Origin: Tubiluchus corallicola
Lineage: Eukaryota > Animalia > Priapulida
NCBI GenBank assembly: GCA_030141605.1
Contig: JAQGDQ010001225.1
Span: 1-53,861, forward strand
Length of the DNA: 53,861 nucleotides
Direction of reading: 5' to 3'
The notes under the pieces: generated by a model
The model's database searches: none
What the model saw: the letters and a program-made list of their open reading frames with translations, nothing else
What the model was told of the DNA's origin: nothing
Made by a program: the position numbers and the translations under genes
Part shown: piece by piece, positions 13,191 through 26,339 of the stretch
How positions within the stretch are numbered: the stretch's first letter is position 1
How the letters are laid out: every line of letters begins with the position of its first letter

Positions 13191-13642
13191 CCCTTTCAGT
13201 CCCGAATTATTTTTTTAATAAGGAAAAGTTTTTTGGCTTGGTACTTTTGTTCAGTATGTCCATCTTGTTTACACATAATAATTGTTTTTTTCTACCTGTG
13301 TCCGCGTGCTAAATATAGCCTGTATCCCACGGGATACATTGGGATTCAATGGAAGCATAAAATGTGCTTCATTTTGCAACTGCTGATAATTTTTTAAAGT
13401 ATTTAAGACATTTAGTATGCATGCTATGCTGATCTGTACAAAGTCATCTCTAAAGTACTGTACCTTGCATAGTTTTTTGTGCTATGTAGATTTTCTAGTT
13501 TGCCATTTTATCACAATTTTTAGTCTATTGTTATTGGCTTAAATCAAAATAACTGTTAACAGATCAAATAACTACAAATTTTATTAATTTTAAAGGCAGA
13601 AAATATTCTCGTATCCCACGGGATACAATGGGTATGAAAGGG
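13191..13642. mobile_element. piggyBac-like MITE in PCBD intron 2
   Basis: TTAA TSD; TIR CCCTTTCAGTCCC / GGGTATGAAAGGG; internal palindrome GTATCCCACGGGATAC occurs twice. Confidence 0.85.
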
Positions 13643-13784
13643 TTAATGCTGTTTAAATAGCTTGTTTAATGTTTTTCGTTCATTGGTTTGAATTTTGTAT
13701 TTTCATTCATACTTGTTTACAGTTTCAATTGAGATCTACAAGGTATTGCTAGACCGGTATCATTCAATTTTTTCTGCTTTCTAG

Positions 13785-13967
13785 GCATTTGGATTCATGT
13801 CGCAGGTCGCTCTACAAGCTGAGAAAATGGATCATCACCCTGAGTGGTTCAACGTCTACAACAAGGTGCAGATTACTCTGAGTACCCACGACTGCGGTGG
13901 TCTTTCGGAGAATGACGTCAAACTGGCAAAGTTTATAGAGAAATGTGCAAGTAGATTCACAAAGTAG
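13785..13967 (+). CDS. PCBD: Pterin-4-alpha-carbinolamine dehydratase exon 3 (terminal)
   Basis: [60 protein letters not shown]; contains the diagnostic [13 protein letters not shown] and THD motifs; AATAAA signals at about 14021-14063. Confidence 0.97.
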   Translation, partial: AFGFMSQVALQAEKMDHHPEWFNVYNKVQITLSTHDCGGLSENDVKLAKFIEKCASRFTK

Positions 13968-14640
13968 ACTTCCATTGGTAAGTTGCTAACTTGCTGTATA
14001 CATTACACACATCGCTGCCTAATAAATTAAATTGATGACTATCAATAAAGTTCTCTGAATAAAAGTGTACCCCGCTCACATCACTGTCTTCATTTTGCTA
14101 CGCATTGGAGTTGCTTACAAAATCATGTTGAACAAACAGATATGCATTTGCGACAATATTCCTGTTTTTTTATCAGTAAACAAAAAATAACAAAAACAAA
14201 ACATCAGGGCTGTCATCTCAAGCAGCCGAGATTACTTCCACCTTTATAACATCTAACTAACTAGGTCAAGATCAAGTTGTAGAATTCAGTGAGAAACAAA
14301 TCCGGCGCAGAAATTAGAATCGGCAGGCTGGTCATGAAAATTTACTGTTGCTTATAAACTTTTTGAATCTTGACTTGATACTTTTCGTGAGCTTCTTGAC
14401 TGTGGGGAGCAATTCCCTGACCACTGACCAGCACTTCAGAGTAGCTGTACTGGTCACTCAGAATTTCATTCAGTGTCTCAGTAAATCTTCTGAATTTATT
14501 CACTAATTCTCTTGAACTTCTGTTAAGGGAATATATGATGATTTTTTATATCCTACTACAGTACGAAGTACGATAAAAAGTATATATTTTAACACTTACA
14601 ACATTGCCAGAGTGCTTAATTAAGTAGTAAATTAAAAATT

Positions 14641-14835
14641 TAATTAAAGACAAGCGAGCTCAAGTAATGATGACATCCCAACTGAGCATAAGTTTCAGCA
14701 GCACAAACAATATCTCCCGAGCGTGTTACACGTGTTTGCGAAAGCAAAAATTGATGTATAATGCTACTGTACATAATTCGGTGTGATATATAAAAACTCG
14801 ACAAAATTTAAATTTCACATTTACCATTCTGTTGA
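14641..14835 (+). repeat. Diverged dispersed repeat; other copies at ~24993-25195 and partially ~25520-25625
   Basis: Colinear GATGACATC...CGAGCGTGTT.CACGTGTTTG...GCTACTGTA...AAAACTCG blocks. Confidence 0.65.
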
Positions 14836-15889
14836 TTACAGAAATGTGATGCCGGGCTTTACTTGTTGGTTTTCTGTTCTTTATTTAAACCAGATTTACT
14901 TCAACAATTCCCAAACTAGTACTCCTAGCCGAGCGGAGAGGTAGTAGTACACAGATGTTAGTAGTTTAGAAACTGAATCAGTTTCTCATAGGTACCTCTA
15001 CGGGGCGTACCTTGAGATAAAAGATGTGGGTTCGAATCACGAGTGGGATCTTAAGTGTCGGTCTTGAGTTGCTGTTATTGTGTTTAGCTAACAAAGTGTG
15101 AACTATTCATAATATTTTTACTATTCAAATACTCCTTAAAAGTTTACAAAAAAAACGCACTCCAAGATACATATTTTTGTGTATAAAGAACGATCAAAAT
15201 TTAATGAACAAATTTGTGATGATCAAAAGATAATTTTCAAAATCAATCAGAGTGCTGCACTCCCTTTTGGTTTAAAATTAAAAGTACTTTCAAATGCAGT
15301 CTCTCAGACAACAAGATTATACTTAATCACTAGAGCGTAGCTGTTTTTCAGTAAAGCATACCTAAATCATGTTATACTTTAAACCACAAAACTTCTTAGA
15401 CATAACGTTGTTTACCAAACATGGAGGAAAAATAAACACGAGGCAAAACCCAACTAAAGTTAAACAAATTAGATTCTAATACACTAGGTCCTCACTAATT
15501 ACATGTTCTATTAATGAGCTATTTCATGTTCATTTCAGATTGTCTAGTCTAACATGGCAGCTGCCATTGGAGCAAGAGAAGAAATCTTCAAACGTTGCCA
15601 GAATGCGAAAATAGATTCTCTAGTTGACTTAGAAATGGCGGTTTAGATGGCAGGTAGCAAGACTGGAAATTAAAGACTCGGGATATGGTGCTAATTTTAT
15701 TGTTACTGCTAGATGTCACTAACATTCACTAATTAGATGAAATAGGATACAGTTGTATATTCCATTGTTATTTGATCCTAGTTCACGGTGCCTCCAAAAT
15801 GGTTGTAAGTCGACCTGTACTATGCAGTAGGTTTTTGTCTACCTCAGATTGAATCCCTGTTTAACCCATTTGCTTGTAATTTCACAGAA

Positions 15890-17208
15890 ATGCAAGCCGT
15901 CAGTTGCTTGCGGTCCAATCATCATAGCAACACGGTACGCAAGCTGTGAGTTGCTTGTGGTCCAATCATCATAGCAACACGGTACGCAAGCTGTCTGCTT
16001 GCGGTCCAATCATCATAGCAACACGGTACGCAAGCTGTCTGCTTGCGGTCCAATCATCATAGCAACACGGTACGCAAGCTGTCTGCTTGCGGTCCTATCA
16101 TCATAGCAACACGGTACGCAAGCCGTCAGTTGCTTGCGTTCCAATCATCATTGCAACACGGTACGCAAGCTGTGAGTTGCTTGTGGTCCAATCATCATAG
16201 CAACACGGTACGCAAGCTGTCTGCTTGCGGTCCAATCATCATAGCAACACGGTACGCAAGCTGTCAGTTGCTTGCGGTCCAATCATCATAGCAACACGGT
16301 ACGCAAGCTGTCTGCTTGCGGTCCAATCATCATAGCAACACGGTACGCAAGCTGTCTGCTTGCGGTCCAATCATCATAGCAACACGGTACGCAAGCCGTC
16401 TGCTTGCGGTCCAATCATCATAGCAACACGGTACGCAAGCTGTCTGCTTGCGGTCCAATCATCATAGCAACACGGTACGCAAGCTGTCTGCTTGCGGTCC
16501 AATCATCATAGCAACACGGTACGCAAGCCGTCAGTTGCTTGCGTTCCAATCATCATAGCAACACGGTACGCAAGCTGTCTGCTTGCGGTCCAATCATCAT
16601 AGCAACACGGTACGCAAGCTGTCTGCTTGCGGTCCAATCATCATAGCAACACGGTACGCAAGCCGTCAGTTGCTTGCGTTCCAATCATCATAGCAACACG
16701 GTACGCAAGCTGTCTGCTTGCGGTCCTATCATCATAGCAACACGGTACGCAAGCCGTCAGTTGCTTGCGTTCCAATCATCATTGCAACACGGTACGCAAG
16801 CCGTCAGTTGCTTGCGTTCCAATCATCATAGCAACACGGTACGCAAGCTGTCTGCTTGCGGTCCAATCATCATAGCAACACGGTACGCAAGCCGTCAGTT
16901 GCTTGCGTTCCAATCATCATAGCAACACGGTACGCAAGCTGTCTGCTTGCGGTCCTATCATCATAGCAACACGGTACGCAAGCCGTCAGTTGCTTGCGTT
17001 CCAATCATCATTGCAACACGGTACGCAAGCCGTCAGTTGCTTGCGGTCCAATCATCATAGCAACACGGTACGCAAGCCGTCAGTTGCTTGCGTTCCAATC
17101 ATCATAGCAACACGGTACGCAAGCCGTCAGTTGCTTGCGTCCAATCATCATAGCAACACGGTACGCAAGCCGTCAGTTGCTTGCATTCCAATCATCATAG
17201 CTACACGG
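15890..17208. repeat. Minisatellite, 44/47-bp units, roughly 29 copies
   Basis: GCTTGCG(G/T)TCCAATCATCATAGCAACACGGTACGCAAGC followed by TGTCT or CGTCAGTT. Confidence 0.98.
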
Positions 17209-17414
17209 TGGGTCAAGCGTGATGCACCCTGGTGTAAGCCAGAATGTAGGTCCATGTAAGTTTTTGGAGCTTATTATCTACTTCAGTATAATTACGATTT
17301 GCATTATCACATTATAAATCAAATATAATTACAATAATTGTAACAAACTTATATTAATATGCTGTTGTGTGATATAGTTAGAGAAAAAATGCAAATATAA
17401 CAAAAATTGTAAAA

Positions 17415-17887
17415 CAGGGGTGTGCAAATTATCTGACTAGCCGGGCCACATTAAACTTTCCCGCAATTCATGCGGGCCACAGGCAGTTTGATCAAGGAGC
17501 CAAGTACAGAAAGGCCTAATAATGATTTTTTTGCATCAGACCTGCGTACATCATCACTACTACACCCAAGAAACTATTTTAGAAGTTATTAAAATTTATA
17601 TTACAAACCATATATTTCTACTTTCAGGACAGATAGTGGTAATTTCATTACAATGCATATTAGTAATGTGTATCACACGGTCTGTGTAGTACAGTGACAT
17701 TAAGCTACAACCGTCTTGTAAGGGTTAATGGCATCCGATCTAGTAGAAAAAACTACCCGCACTATCTTTGGGATCGTGGCACGGACTTCAGCTGGATACA
17801 CTCAATTAACCGCACTTTCATTAGGTTGACAAATCTCTTCGCGTGCCGCACAAATTCTCTCGGCGGGCCGCAATTTGCACACACCTG
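17415..17887 (+). mobile_element. hAT (Buster/Charlie-like) MITE, copy 1
   Basis: TIR CAGGGGTGTGCAAATT...AATTTGCACACACCTG; 8-bp TSD TTGTAAAA on both sides. Confidence 0.93.
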
Positions 17888-19591
17888 TTGTAAAAGAACT
17901 ATAGTAATATAGTTTACTAAACAACATAATAGTTTATCAACAGGAAAAAATGCTGCCTGGTGTTTAAGAAGCAAAACTGAAAAGTAGGAAAAATAGAAAA
18001 AGATAAAGTAATAGAATAAGATAACGCATACATTTCAATGTAGTACAGCTTCACAGCTTACATCTACAACATTGACTAATCACCAAATTCACCACTTGCT
18101 TCGTAATGAGCTGTTTCATTTTTCTTTGTATCTAGTATTTCTTTGTGAGGCACTAAATAGTCAGTCTTTTCAAACGTTTAACTTTTTTGACTTGATTATG
18201 TCAACACTATAGATATTTATTATTTTCTTTTGTAAGTTTTATTACCGAGCTGGAATTACGTATTTATGAAACTTGCTGTCCTACTTTCGTTCATTTACAT
18301 AATATTTGGCTAAATTTGGTAAACTTTAGCACAGCTGTAGGATTGATACCCTTGCAATAATCAGTGTTCTTTGTTTTTAGAAAAATCAAGGTTTAAAATA
18401 GTTTTTATTGATAATCGTATCAGCTAATAATGGATAACTATTAACAGTTAAAAGCTATCAGATGACACATACCATCCTGTGTGAAAAAATTTGGAGGTGA
18501 GTCTAGCAAGTCTGTCGACTTCGTATATCGTTAGAAGTAAACTTGCCAATGTGACAGAGCTGGTCTGATCACCAAGCAAAGTAAGGTACGTGTATTTCCC
18601 GTGTTGCAAGAAAGCAAGTAGAGGGTGTAGTGTAAACTTTTGCATTTTGCGCATGTGACAGAGATGGTCTAATCACCAAACAAAGTAAGGCGCATGCATT
18701 TCCCGTGTTGCAAGAAAGTGAGTATAAATTGGTGTCTACAATTATACTACCACATGCGGTATTTATAGGGTTTGAAAAGATATACAAAATGAAGGTTTGA
18801 AGGTTTGTGTGTTTACCACACTCTCAAAAGAAACATGTCCTCAACTCCAAGTTAGGGCAATCAAACAGATGGAAAACACAAACATTTAGTAGCCATTTTG
18901 GATGCATAAATGATCACTTCAGGGTGGCATAAATCATCGGGTAGCTTTTCAATGTTAATAGTAAAATGCCAATAAGTTTTTTTTCATTTCTTTGCAACTC
19001 TGATGTTTAAACTCAAACCTCTTTATGCATTGAATGAGAATTTCTCTGACATTGATGTAAGTGCACAAAATTGGCACTACTAGAGTTGAACCAACTGCAA
19101 GTGATCACATGCCAAGGCAGCACTTTTCAATTTATTGCAAAGAATAAAACAGATAGTAATGTTCAATATACAAATAATGCACTAATCATGGCAGTAAGAA
19201 TATAGCTAGAAATGATGTATGTTATTTACATTGTTTAGATGTAAAATAAAAGCCTATTTTTGTAGAGAAAACGACGTTTTCTGAATTTTTCACATATGGC
19301 CATTTTTTGTAGTGCAAGGTGCTGCACATGTACCAAGCTGATTTGATTTTTTAAAAAATCCGTGTGACAGATAAAAATATTTTTGCTATTAGTAATTAAT
19401 TACTATAGTAACTGCTATTATAGTAATTACTATAGTCATTAATATGAAAAAGTCAAATGATTAATGGTTAACCTCGCAATTATTCACACACTTTAAAGAT
19501 GTCTGTCTGTCTCTTACAACAGACGACCATCACGATTATAAGCCCCCATGTAAAGAGTTGAGTCATTGGTGAAACGTAAGTTGACCTAGAT

Positions 19592-20051
19592 CAGGGGTGT
19601 GCAAATTATCTGACTAGCCAGGCCACATTAAACTTTCCCACAATTCCTGTGGGCCACAAGCAGTTTGATCAAGGAGCCAAGTACAGAAAGGCCTAATAAC
19701 GATATTTTTGTATCCGACCTGCGTACATCATTATTACTACACTCAAGAAACTATTTTAGAAGTTACTAAAATTTATATTACAAACCATATATTTCTACTT
19801 TCAGGACAGATAGTGGTAATTTCATTACAATGCATATTAGTAATGTGTATCACACAGTCTGTGTAGTACAGTGACATTAAGCTACAACCGTCTTGTAAGG
19901 GTTAATGGCATCCAATCTAGTAGAAAAAACTACCTGCACTATCTTTGGGATCGTGGCATGGACTTCAGCTGGATACACTCAATTAATCACCCGGGCCGCA
20001 CTTTCATTAGGTTGACAAATCTCTTCGCGGGCCGTAATTTGCACACCCCTG
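19592..20051 (+). mobile_element. hAT MITE, copy 2
   Basis: Same TIRs and internal sequence; TSD ACCTAGAT. Confidence 0.95.
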
Positions 20052-21755
20052 ACCTAGATGCTTAATTTACAACGATTTACGATGTTTGAGGTTCAACCAA
20101 CCAGCAAATCATTCGAATTGAAAACATTTTAACGGGCACGTATTGTATCGTTGCTTTCTTGTTACGTATGCCGAAACACGTGGAAGAAAATGTGGATGTT
20201 AATGGATTTTGAGTGGACGGTTGTTCGTCGCAAAAATGTTGTCAGTGCGGGTGGATTTATCGAGTGTTCTCTCTTACAATTGAAAACCAACAATAGCATG
20301 CCCTGTTGAGAACATACAATTAGGATAAATAATTATAACTAGGGGTGACCATTCTCTACTAGAAAACGTATTCGAATCAAGTTTGTGACTTTTGAATTCG
20401 AATCAAGTTTGTGACTTTTGAATTCTAATCAATCCGAACTTCGGTATTTGGAAATCGAAATGAGACTGAAAGATCTTCGAACCACCAACAAAAATTAGTC
20501 TTACAAAGGTCATGCATGTTAAAAGAATCTGTTCTGCAGTAAATCTACTGATAGTTTGTTAAAAAATTGTGCACAGAAATAACAGCTAAATTATACTAAC
20601 TGCTTGGTGTTTCAAATGTTTTAATGATAAAGAAGGTATGTGGTTAAAGTGCTGAATTAATCGAATCTATAGTTTTAGGTTTGCTAATAACTGCAAGTTA
20701 GGAAGATGTTAAGGAATAAGAAATCTGGTCAACAAACGTGATAAAAATCATCGTACCTGTGTTTATAAATACTCAATGCATTTTGTATGTTGACCGATAT
20801 ACATAATGCGTATTTAACTACTTTTTACTTAGTTAACAGAAAATGACTTGAAACAAATACAAACCAATTGAGAAAATTTTCATCATATATACAAATACAA
20901 AGAAAATTTTTATCGTATATACACAAAATAATAACTATTTAATCAATAACAAATATAGAAATGATACAACTCAATAACTGAAGTGAGACGACAGAATTAG
21001 TCCTCCCAATCAGGCCTACGTGAGTTACACAGCTGCATGTGTTACACGTATACCGAGAAAGTGCCAGGTTTACTGTAACCGGCTGTAGGTGGCAGCACCA
21101 TAAAGCAAAAAATTCTACAATTGAGATAAGACTACTAAGTCTTTCTAGTAGATAAGTACTATACTGAATTGTAGATGGCAGCACCACATTTTAGGTTTTC
21201 TATTAAGCGAAAGCGACAAAAAATCAAACTGCACCAATGAAATGTATTTGTGCTTAACCAAGTTAAATCCGTGACAACATATCTGAGAGCTTTTGTAATT
21301 TCTAGGAAGAAATTAAATACACTTACAATGTATTAAATGTAATTAAATAATAAAAATAATGTAACTCAGTAGTGGTGTTGCAAATCTCAAACTTAATCCA
21401 TTGAAAATTCTTGATGGTCACCATGTAAGAAATTAATATGTTGTTACCCCTAAACAAGCCTTTATCTCATGATCAATAATCAATAGTGGATCAATAATCG
21501 CTTGTCCAAAGGAAAAAATACGATGACATCTTTTCCTCTACTATACCCCCCCCAAATTCGACCAAAATTCAATCATTGTCACTGCAAAATAAAACGCCTT
21601 GCCTACATCGATAAAAGTTTTCATTGCTAATTCACCAATGTAAATAAACCAATGACTTCTAATCTGTGATCGTTGTCAGAAGAATGAAAATGTCATCCAC
21701 AGGCAGATCTCTGGCAGCAATCAATACCAATAAATCTATAATTATTGCTCTGTGA

Positions 21756-21840
21756 TCAGTCATCGTCGTCAGATGAACTAAAGACATCATCTATCGGTAA
21801 TCCCTTCTCTCTTCGGTTTGCAATCACTTTTGCTGCCAAA
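21756..21840 (-). CDS. CENP-U-like protein, terminal coding exon (LAAKVIANRREKGLPIDDVFSSSDDDD*)
   Basis: ttttttcag acceptor in matching phase, TGA stop. The eight exons sum to 2517 nt, 838 aa plus stop. Confidence 0.75.
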
Positions 21841-21848
21841 CTGAAAAA

Positions 21849-22175
21849 AATATGCGTAAAAGATTGGTATTTTTGTACAGAAATTAATATGCGTAAAAGA
21901 TTGGTATTTTTGTACAGAAATTAATAGGCGTAAAAGATTGGTATTTTTGTACAGCAATTAATACGCGTAAAAGATTGGTATTTTTGTACAGCAATTAATG
22001 CGCGTAAAAGATTGGTATTTTTGTACAGCAATTAATGCGCGTAAAAGATTGGTATTTTTGTACAACAAACACGTAAGATTGGTATTTTTGTACAGCAATT
22101 AATACGCGTAAAAGATTGGTATTTTTGTACAGCAATTAATGCGCGTAAAAGATTGGTATTTTTGTACAGCAATTA
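21849..22175. repeat. Minisatellite, 37-bp unit, ~9 copies, adjoining the last acceptor of the CENP-U-like gene
   Basis: GCGTAAAAGATTGGTATTTTTGTACAG(A/C)AATTAAT repeated. Confidence 0.95.
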
Positions 22176-22300
22176 CTGTTAAGAAAATGTTTTTCTTTGT
22201 AACTTCAATAGTAGTCAAATTTACATAAAACACAAATTTGTAAACCACCGATGAAGGGTTCATATGAAGAATTCACCAATTGCATTTCATTTTTGTAAAA

Positions 22301-22681
22301 CAGGGTTGCCAAAGAATTTTAAAATGAAATTTCCGGACTTTTCCTTGACTTTTTCCTGGCCAAATATTGATTTTCCATGATGAAGATAAGCAGAAATTGT
22401 ATTACCAGTAAACATATTCAAACATTTTTGTGTAAGGACATTAATACTGATATATAATGTGTCGGCCAATCATTATTTTTGGAACAGAAATCTAAACTGG
22501 GAGCCATAGCAAAATTTTATTTGAACACGAATAGCTGAAAAATATCGGTTCACTGTGATTATTTTGCACCATTTTTATCATTTTCCCTGACTTTTTACCA
22601 AATTATCTTTTTCCCTGACCTTTTAATGACTTTCCAGGATAGCCCATATTTTCAAGGATTTTCCCTTATCTGGGAGCCCTG
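22301..22681. mobile_element. Non-autonomous TIR element (CAGGGTT...GCCCTG) with subterminal TTTTCCCTGAC repeats
   Basis: Imperfect TIRs and repeated subterminal motifs; no clean TSD. Confidence 0.6.
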
Positions 22682-23061
22682 ATAAAAGGATGAAAAATTC
22701 TTATCTTACGCTATTATCTTTGTTTCCTTAGAATGATAAGATAAAAAAACGTATGCAATACATTACACTTGTATAAGATACTTTTATGTAACTTAGACAC
22801 TCTTATGTAACTTTTCTGTGTATAGGATAAAAGAACAGAATTACCATGAAAGTCAGCAATATGCAGGATATAAAAACACAGTATAAAATAACAAGAAGTA
22901 ATGTACAAGTGTTAGTACAATAATGATAATAATAATAACTTATTATGGTGTTTTTCTATATACAGTGTTCAAAGCACTTAACAAATCTGAAGAGCTAAAT
23001 TAATACAATATAAGAGAAGTCAATAGACACCTACTTCAGTAATATAAAAATCAAATCACAA

Positions 23062-23336
23062 ATTATTATTATTAGTAATAATAATCTTTATTTAAAGTCA
23101 GCTTTTGGGTCAACAATTAACATTAGCTCAAAGAGCTATTATCGCCGACTGTAAATAACAACCTACAACTACATAACAGAGACTGTTATTACCCCACTTT
23201 TACCCTAAATACCACGAGTCAGGCAGGTCAACAGCAGGTACCATTTTTAAAGTCTTTGGTATGACCCGGCCGCTGCTTCGAACTCACGACCTCCCAGACG
23301 GAAAGCAGACGCATTACCACTAGACTAAACCGTCTG
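23062..23336 (-). mobile_element. tRNA-derived SINE, copy 1
   Basis: Minus strand shows A box (TAGTGGTAA), B box (GTTCGAA), GGTCATACCAAAGACTTTAAAAATGGTACC core and (ATT)n tail; second copy at ~37120-37376. Confidence 0.8.
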
Positions 23337-23439
23337 ATTTTATGAAATGAAACACAGTATTCCTACCTCAGTTATATACATGTAAACAATGTAAATATGT
23401 ATACAAAAATCTGCAGTTAAAAACCAATAAAATACCTAC

Positions 23440-23549
23440 TTCAACTTTCTCCTATGCAGGAGAAGCATTTCCTGTCGGATCACATTGTTTCGACGTCTCG
23501 TTTTCCTGATGTCGGCTCTAACTTTCTTCAAGGCTAAAATTTCCTGGAT
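23440..23549 (-). CDS. CENP-U-like protein, coding exon 7 (IQEILALKKVRADIRKTRRRNNVIRQEMLLLHRRKL)
   Basis: tttttag acceptor, gtaggt donor; coiled-coil-like; phases 0/2. Confidence 0.8.
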
Positions 23550-23691
23550 CTAAAAAACAAACGCAATCATGAACTTTTCATCCTTCTAACCCGTTAGCAT
23601 TTCGTTGCCATTGGCTAAGTTTGCATACAAATTTGATAAACGTGACTTATTTCACTTACTGACTGTACTGCTTTCTCTTCAGAAATCTTAC

Positions 23692-23770
23692 CTTTTCATG
23701 GAGGAGAAATTTGACTTCGGACAAGTAAATTTTGAGAGCTCTCCTTTCCGTCCGACCAGTAACTTCAGAT
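23692..23770 (-). CDS. CENP-U-like protein, coding exon 6 (SEVTGRTERRALKIYLSEVKFLLHEK)
   Basis: ttcgcag acceptor, AAG|gtaag donor; amphipathic helix; phases 2/0. Confidence 0.8.
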
Positions 23771-23922
23771 CTGCGAAAAACAAAGAAGTTACAGCCAACA
23801 GTAAACAACGCAAATATTTTGACACACATGCAACTATAGTTGCTCAATCCATTTACTCTTTACATTCCTCTAAAATCATGCAGGTCATCAACCCACTTGC
23901 TAAAAACTTGCTAAAGACTTAC

Positions 23923-24031
23923 CTGAGTTCAGTGCATATATCCTCAATCATGTGCAGTACAACGTCTAGATCTAGCGCCTCCTTGGCGTGCCTTCTCTCT
24001 GAAGGGCAGTACAAATCTAGCGTCTCAAGAC
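23923..24031 (-). CDS. CENP-U-like protein, coding exon 5 (LETLDLYCPSERRHAKEALDLDVVLHMIEDICTEL)
   Basis: AG/GTAAG boundaries, phases 1/2. Resembles, from memory, the start of the conserved CENP-U domain (W/Y-C-P...L-D/N-V/I-V-L). Confidence 0.75.
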
Positions 24032-24110
24032 CTAATAGCAAAAGTGAAAACTAGTCACTAATAGAAATGCAAACATTCTCACAGTACAGTAACTACGGCA
24101 CTATATAGAG

Positions 24111-24611
24111 CAGGGGTGTGCAAATTATCTGAGTAGCCGGGCCACATTAAACTTTCCCGCAATTCCTGTGGGTCGCAGGCAGTTTGATCAAGGAGCCAAG
24201 TACAGAAAGGCCTAATAACGACTTTTTTTGCATCCGACCTGCGTACATCATTACTACTACACTCAAGAAACTATTTTAGAAGTTATTAAAATTTATATTA
24301 CAAACCATATATTTCTACTTTCAGGACAGATAGTGGTAATTTCATTACAATGCATATTAGTAATGTGTATCACACAGTCTGTGTAGTACAGTGACATTAA
24401 GCTACAACCGTCTTGTAAGGGTTAATGGCATCCGATCTAGTAGAAAAAACTACCCGCACTATATTTGGGATCGTGGCACGGACTTCAGCTGGATACACTC
24501 AATTCATCGCCCGGGCCGCACTTTTATTAGGTTGACAAATCTCTTCGCGGGCCACACAAATTCTCTTGGCAGGCCGCAAGTGGCCCGCGGGCCACAACTT
24601 GCACACCCCTG
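24111..24611 (+). mobile_element. hAT MITE, copy 3 (intronic in the CENP-U-like gene)
   Basis: Same family; TSD ATATAGAG. Confidence 0.95.
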
Positions 24612-25674
24612 ATATAGAGTCATCCCCTCCACATCAAAATAGTCGTTAGCATAGTGATTCCTCAGGACAATTCCGCCTTGGAGAAGATCAGCTTTGCTTT
24701 GTAACGTTTAAACGCTTTTAATCAACAATGTAGGATAGAAACCTCATTGGAAAATGGAAGTTTCTTATGCATCAACATTCAAGCATCTGCTTGACAGAAA
24801 CGTGGCAAATCTGACTATTGCATCACTATAAGCAAACTATTATTTGCTTATATTATTATTTATTATTATTATTTACAGAAAGACAAGAGGATTTTTTATA
24901 CACTACCCCATTTTCAATAGGATAAAAAGTATACACTGTAGAACCTATAATACTGCAAAAGCATTTCTGATACTTAAATAACAATTAAAGTCTTAATTAA
25001 CGACGGGCGAGCCCAACTGCGATGACATCACAAACGAACAAAATTTTCGACAACAAAAACATTCTACGAGCGTGTTGCACGTGTTTGTGGAAGCAAAGGT
25101 TAAAATACAGCGCTACTGTAATAGATTCAGTGTGTTGTACTAAAACTCGCCAACTTTTAAGATAAAATTCAAATTCCAATTTACCGCTGTGTTCGTCACG
25201 CATGAGCTGTCGAAGGTGTGCAGTACGTCACAAACGAACACCCATGAATTGAGACGTACAGCACCTGTTTCTGGTAATTAAATAATATCTCAACTCCGTC
25301 AGGACCGTCAGAGTTTGGTGCATTTTTTTATTTTATCCAATTAAATCACTTATAAATGTTTAAATAAATAGAATGATTGTACAGCTGAGATTTTTCTGAA
25401 AAGAACAGTACCAATTTTTGTAATCGTTTAGTTATGTCTGTTCTCATACAGTAGCAGAAATGTCATATGTCTTGTAAGACCCATTTTGAGTGGTGCAGTC
25501 CTGAAAGAGTTAAAAGCTTAGTTAATGACCACAAAGCCCGACTAGTGGTGATATCATAAGTGAACATAATTTTCAACAGCAAACAATTCCACCCTCGCGT
25601 TGAACATGTTTGCAAAAGCAAAAAACTTCTAAATATATTTATTTTTGAATCAGTTGTGAAAAGGCACTACTTAC

Positions 25675-26339
25675 AAATTGGATCACCGTCGTGTGCTGCA
25701 ACCTGGTGTCGTAAACTTTCACCGGAAGGACTCGCACCGCTGCCAGCTTTTGAACTCGAAGTTGCACCCGCCTCTTCACTTGAATCTTCACCGGATCTCC
25801 ATCTCTTTGTTTGGAACTCTGGCCTCTTTTCACTTGTAGTTTCCGGAAAAGCAACCGCTTGTGTTGTGTTGACATCACCGTCACCATCAGCACTTGCAGT
25901 AGCACCTCCTTCATCCGTGGAAAGATTATCAGGAACCGGAAGAGTAACGTTACCGCTTGCTGCTCTGCTGTGTGCCACCCCTTCTTCTTGACTTGATGTA
26001 GGACCTTCAGAATCCGCAGTAGAATCCTCGTCCCGACTCGTGGTGGCCGGTTGATCGGAATCCGAAACGTTTTTGTCGCCACTGGGACCTCTGGCACCAA
26101 AAGAACCGAGAGAAGTTGGCGCCACCGATGCCGAAGCATCGTTTACGACACGTTTTTGATAACCTGGATGCGTCCGCCTCCTCGTCGCTGTTACTCTTCC
26201 GTCGGAGTCCGGATGGTTCCGGGATTGCGGCAGCACTCTAGGCGTGGATGTGATGAGAGGCTGTGGCATCCTTGCTCCGTCAGTTGTGGGAAGAGGTGTC
26301 ACTGTGCTGGTCAGGAGACTGCTGGCACTTGTTGATGAC
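25675..26339 (-). CDS. CENP-U-like protein, coding exon 4 (acidic S/T/G-rich low-complexity region)
   Basis: ctttcag acceptor, T|gtaagt donor; phases 2/1; matches the 211-aa ORF. Confidence 0.85.

Noticed and set aside
15890-17208. CRISPR-like array (regular palindromic repeats)
   Set aside because: No unique spacers, units are contiguous, no cas genes, and the context is eukaryotic.
17694-17912. Recurrent ORF MTLSYNRLVRVNG... (also 19871, 24391, 43917)
   Set aside because: Internal to the hAT MITE, GTG start, variable ends, no transposase motif.
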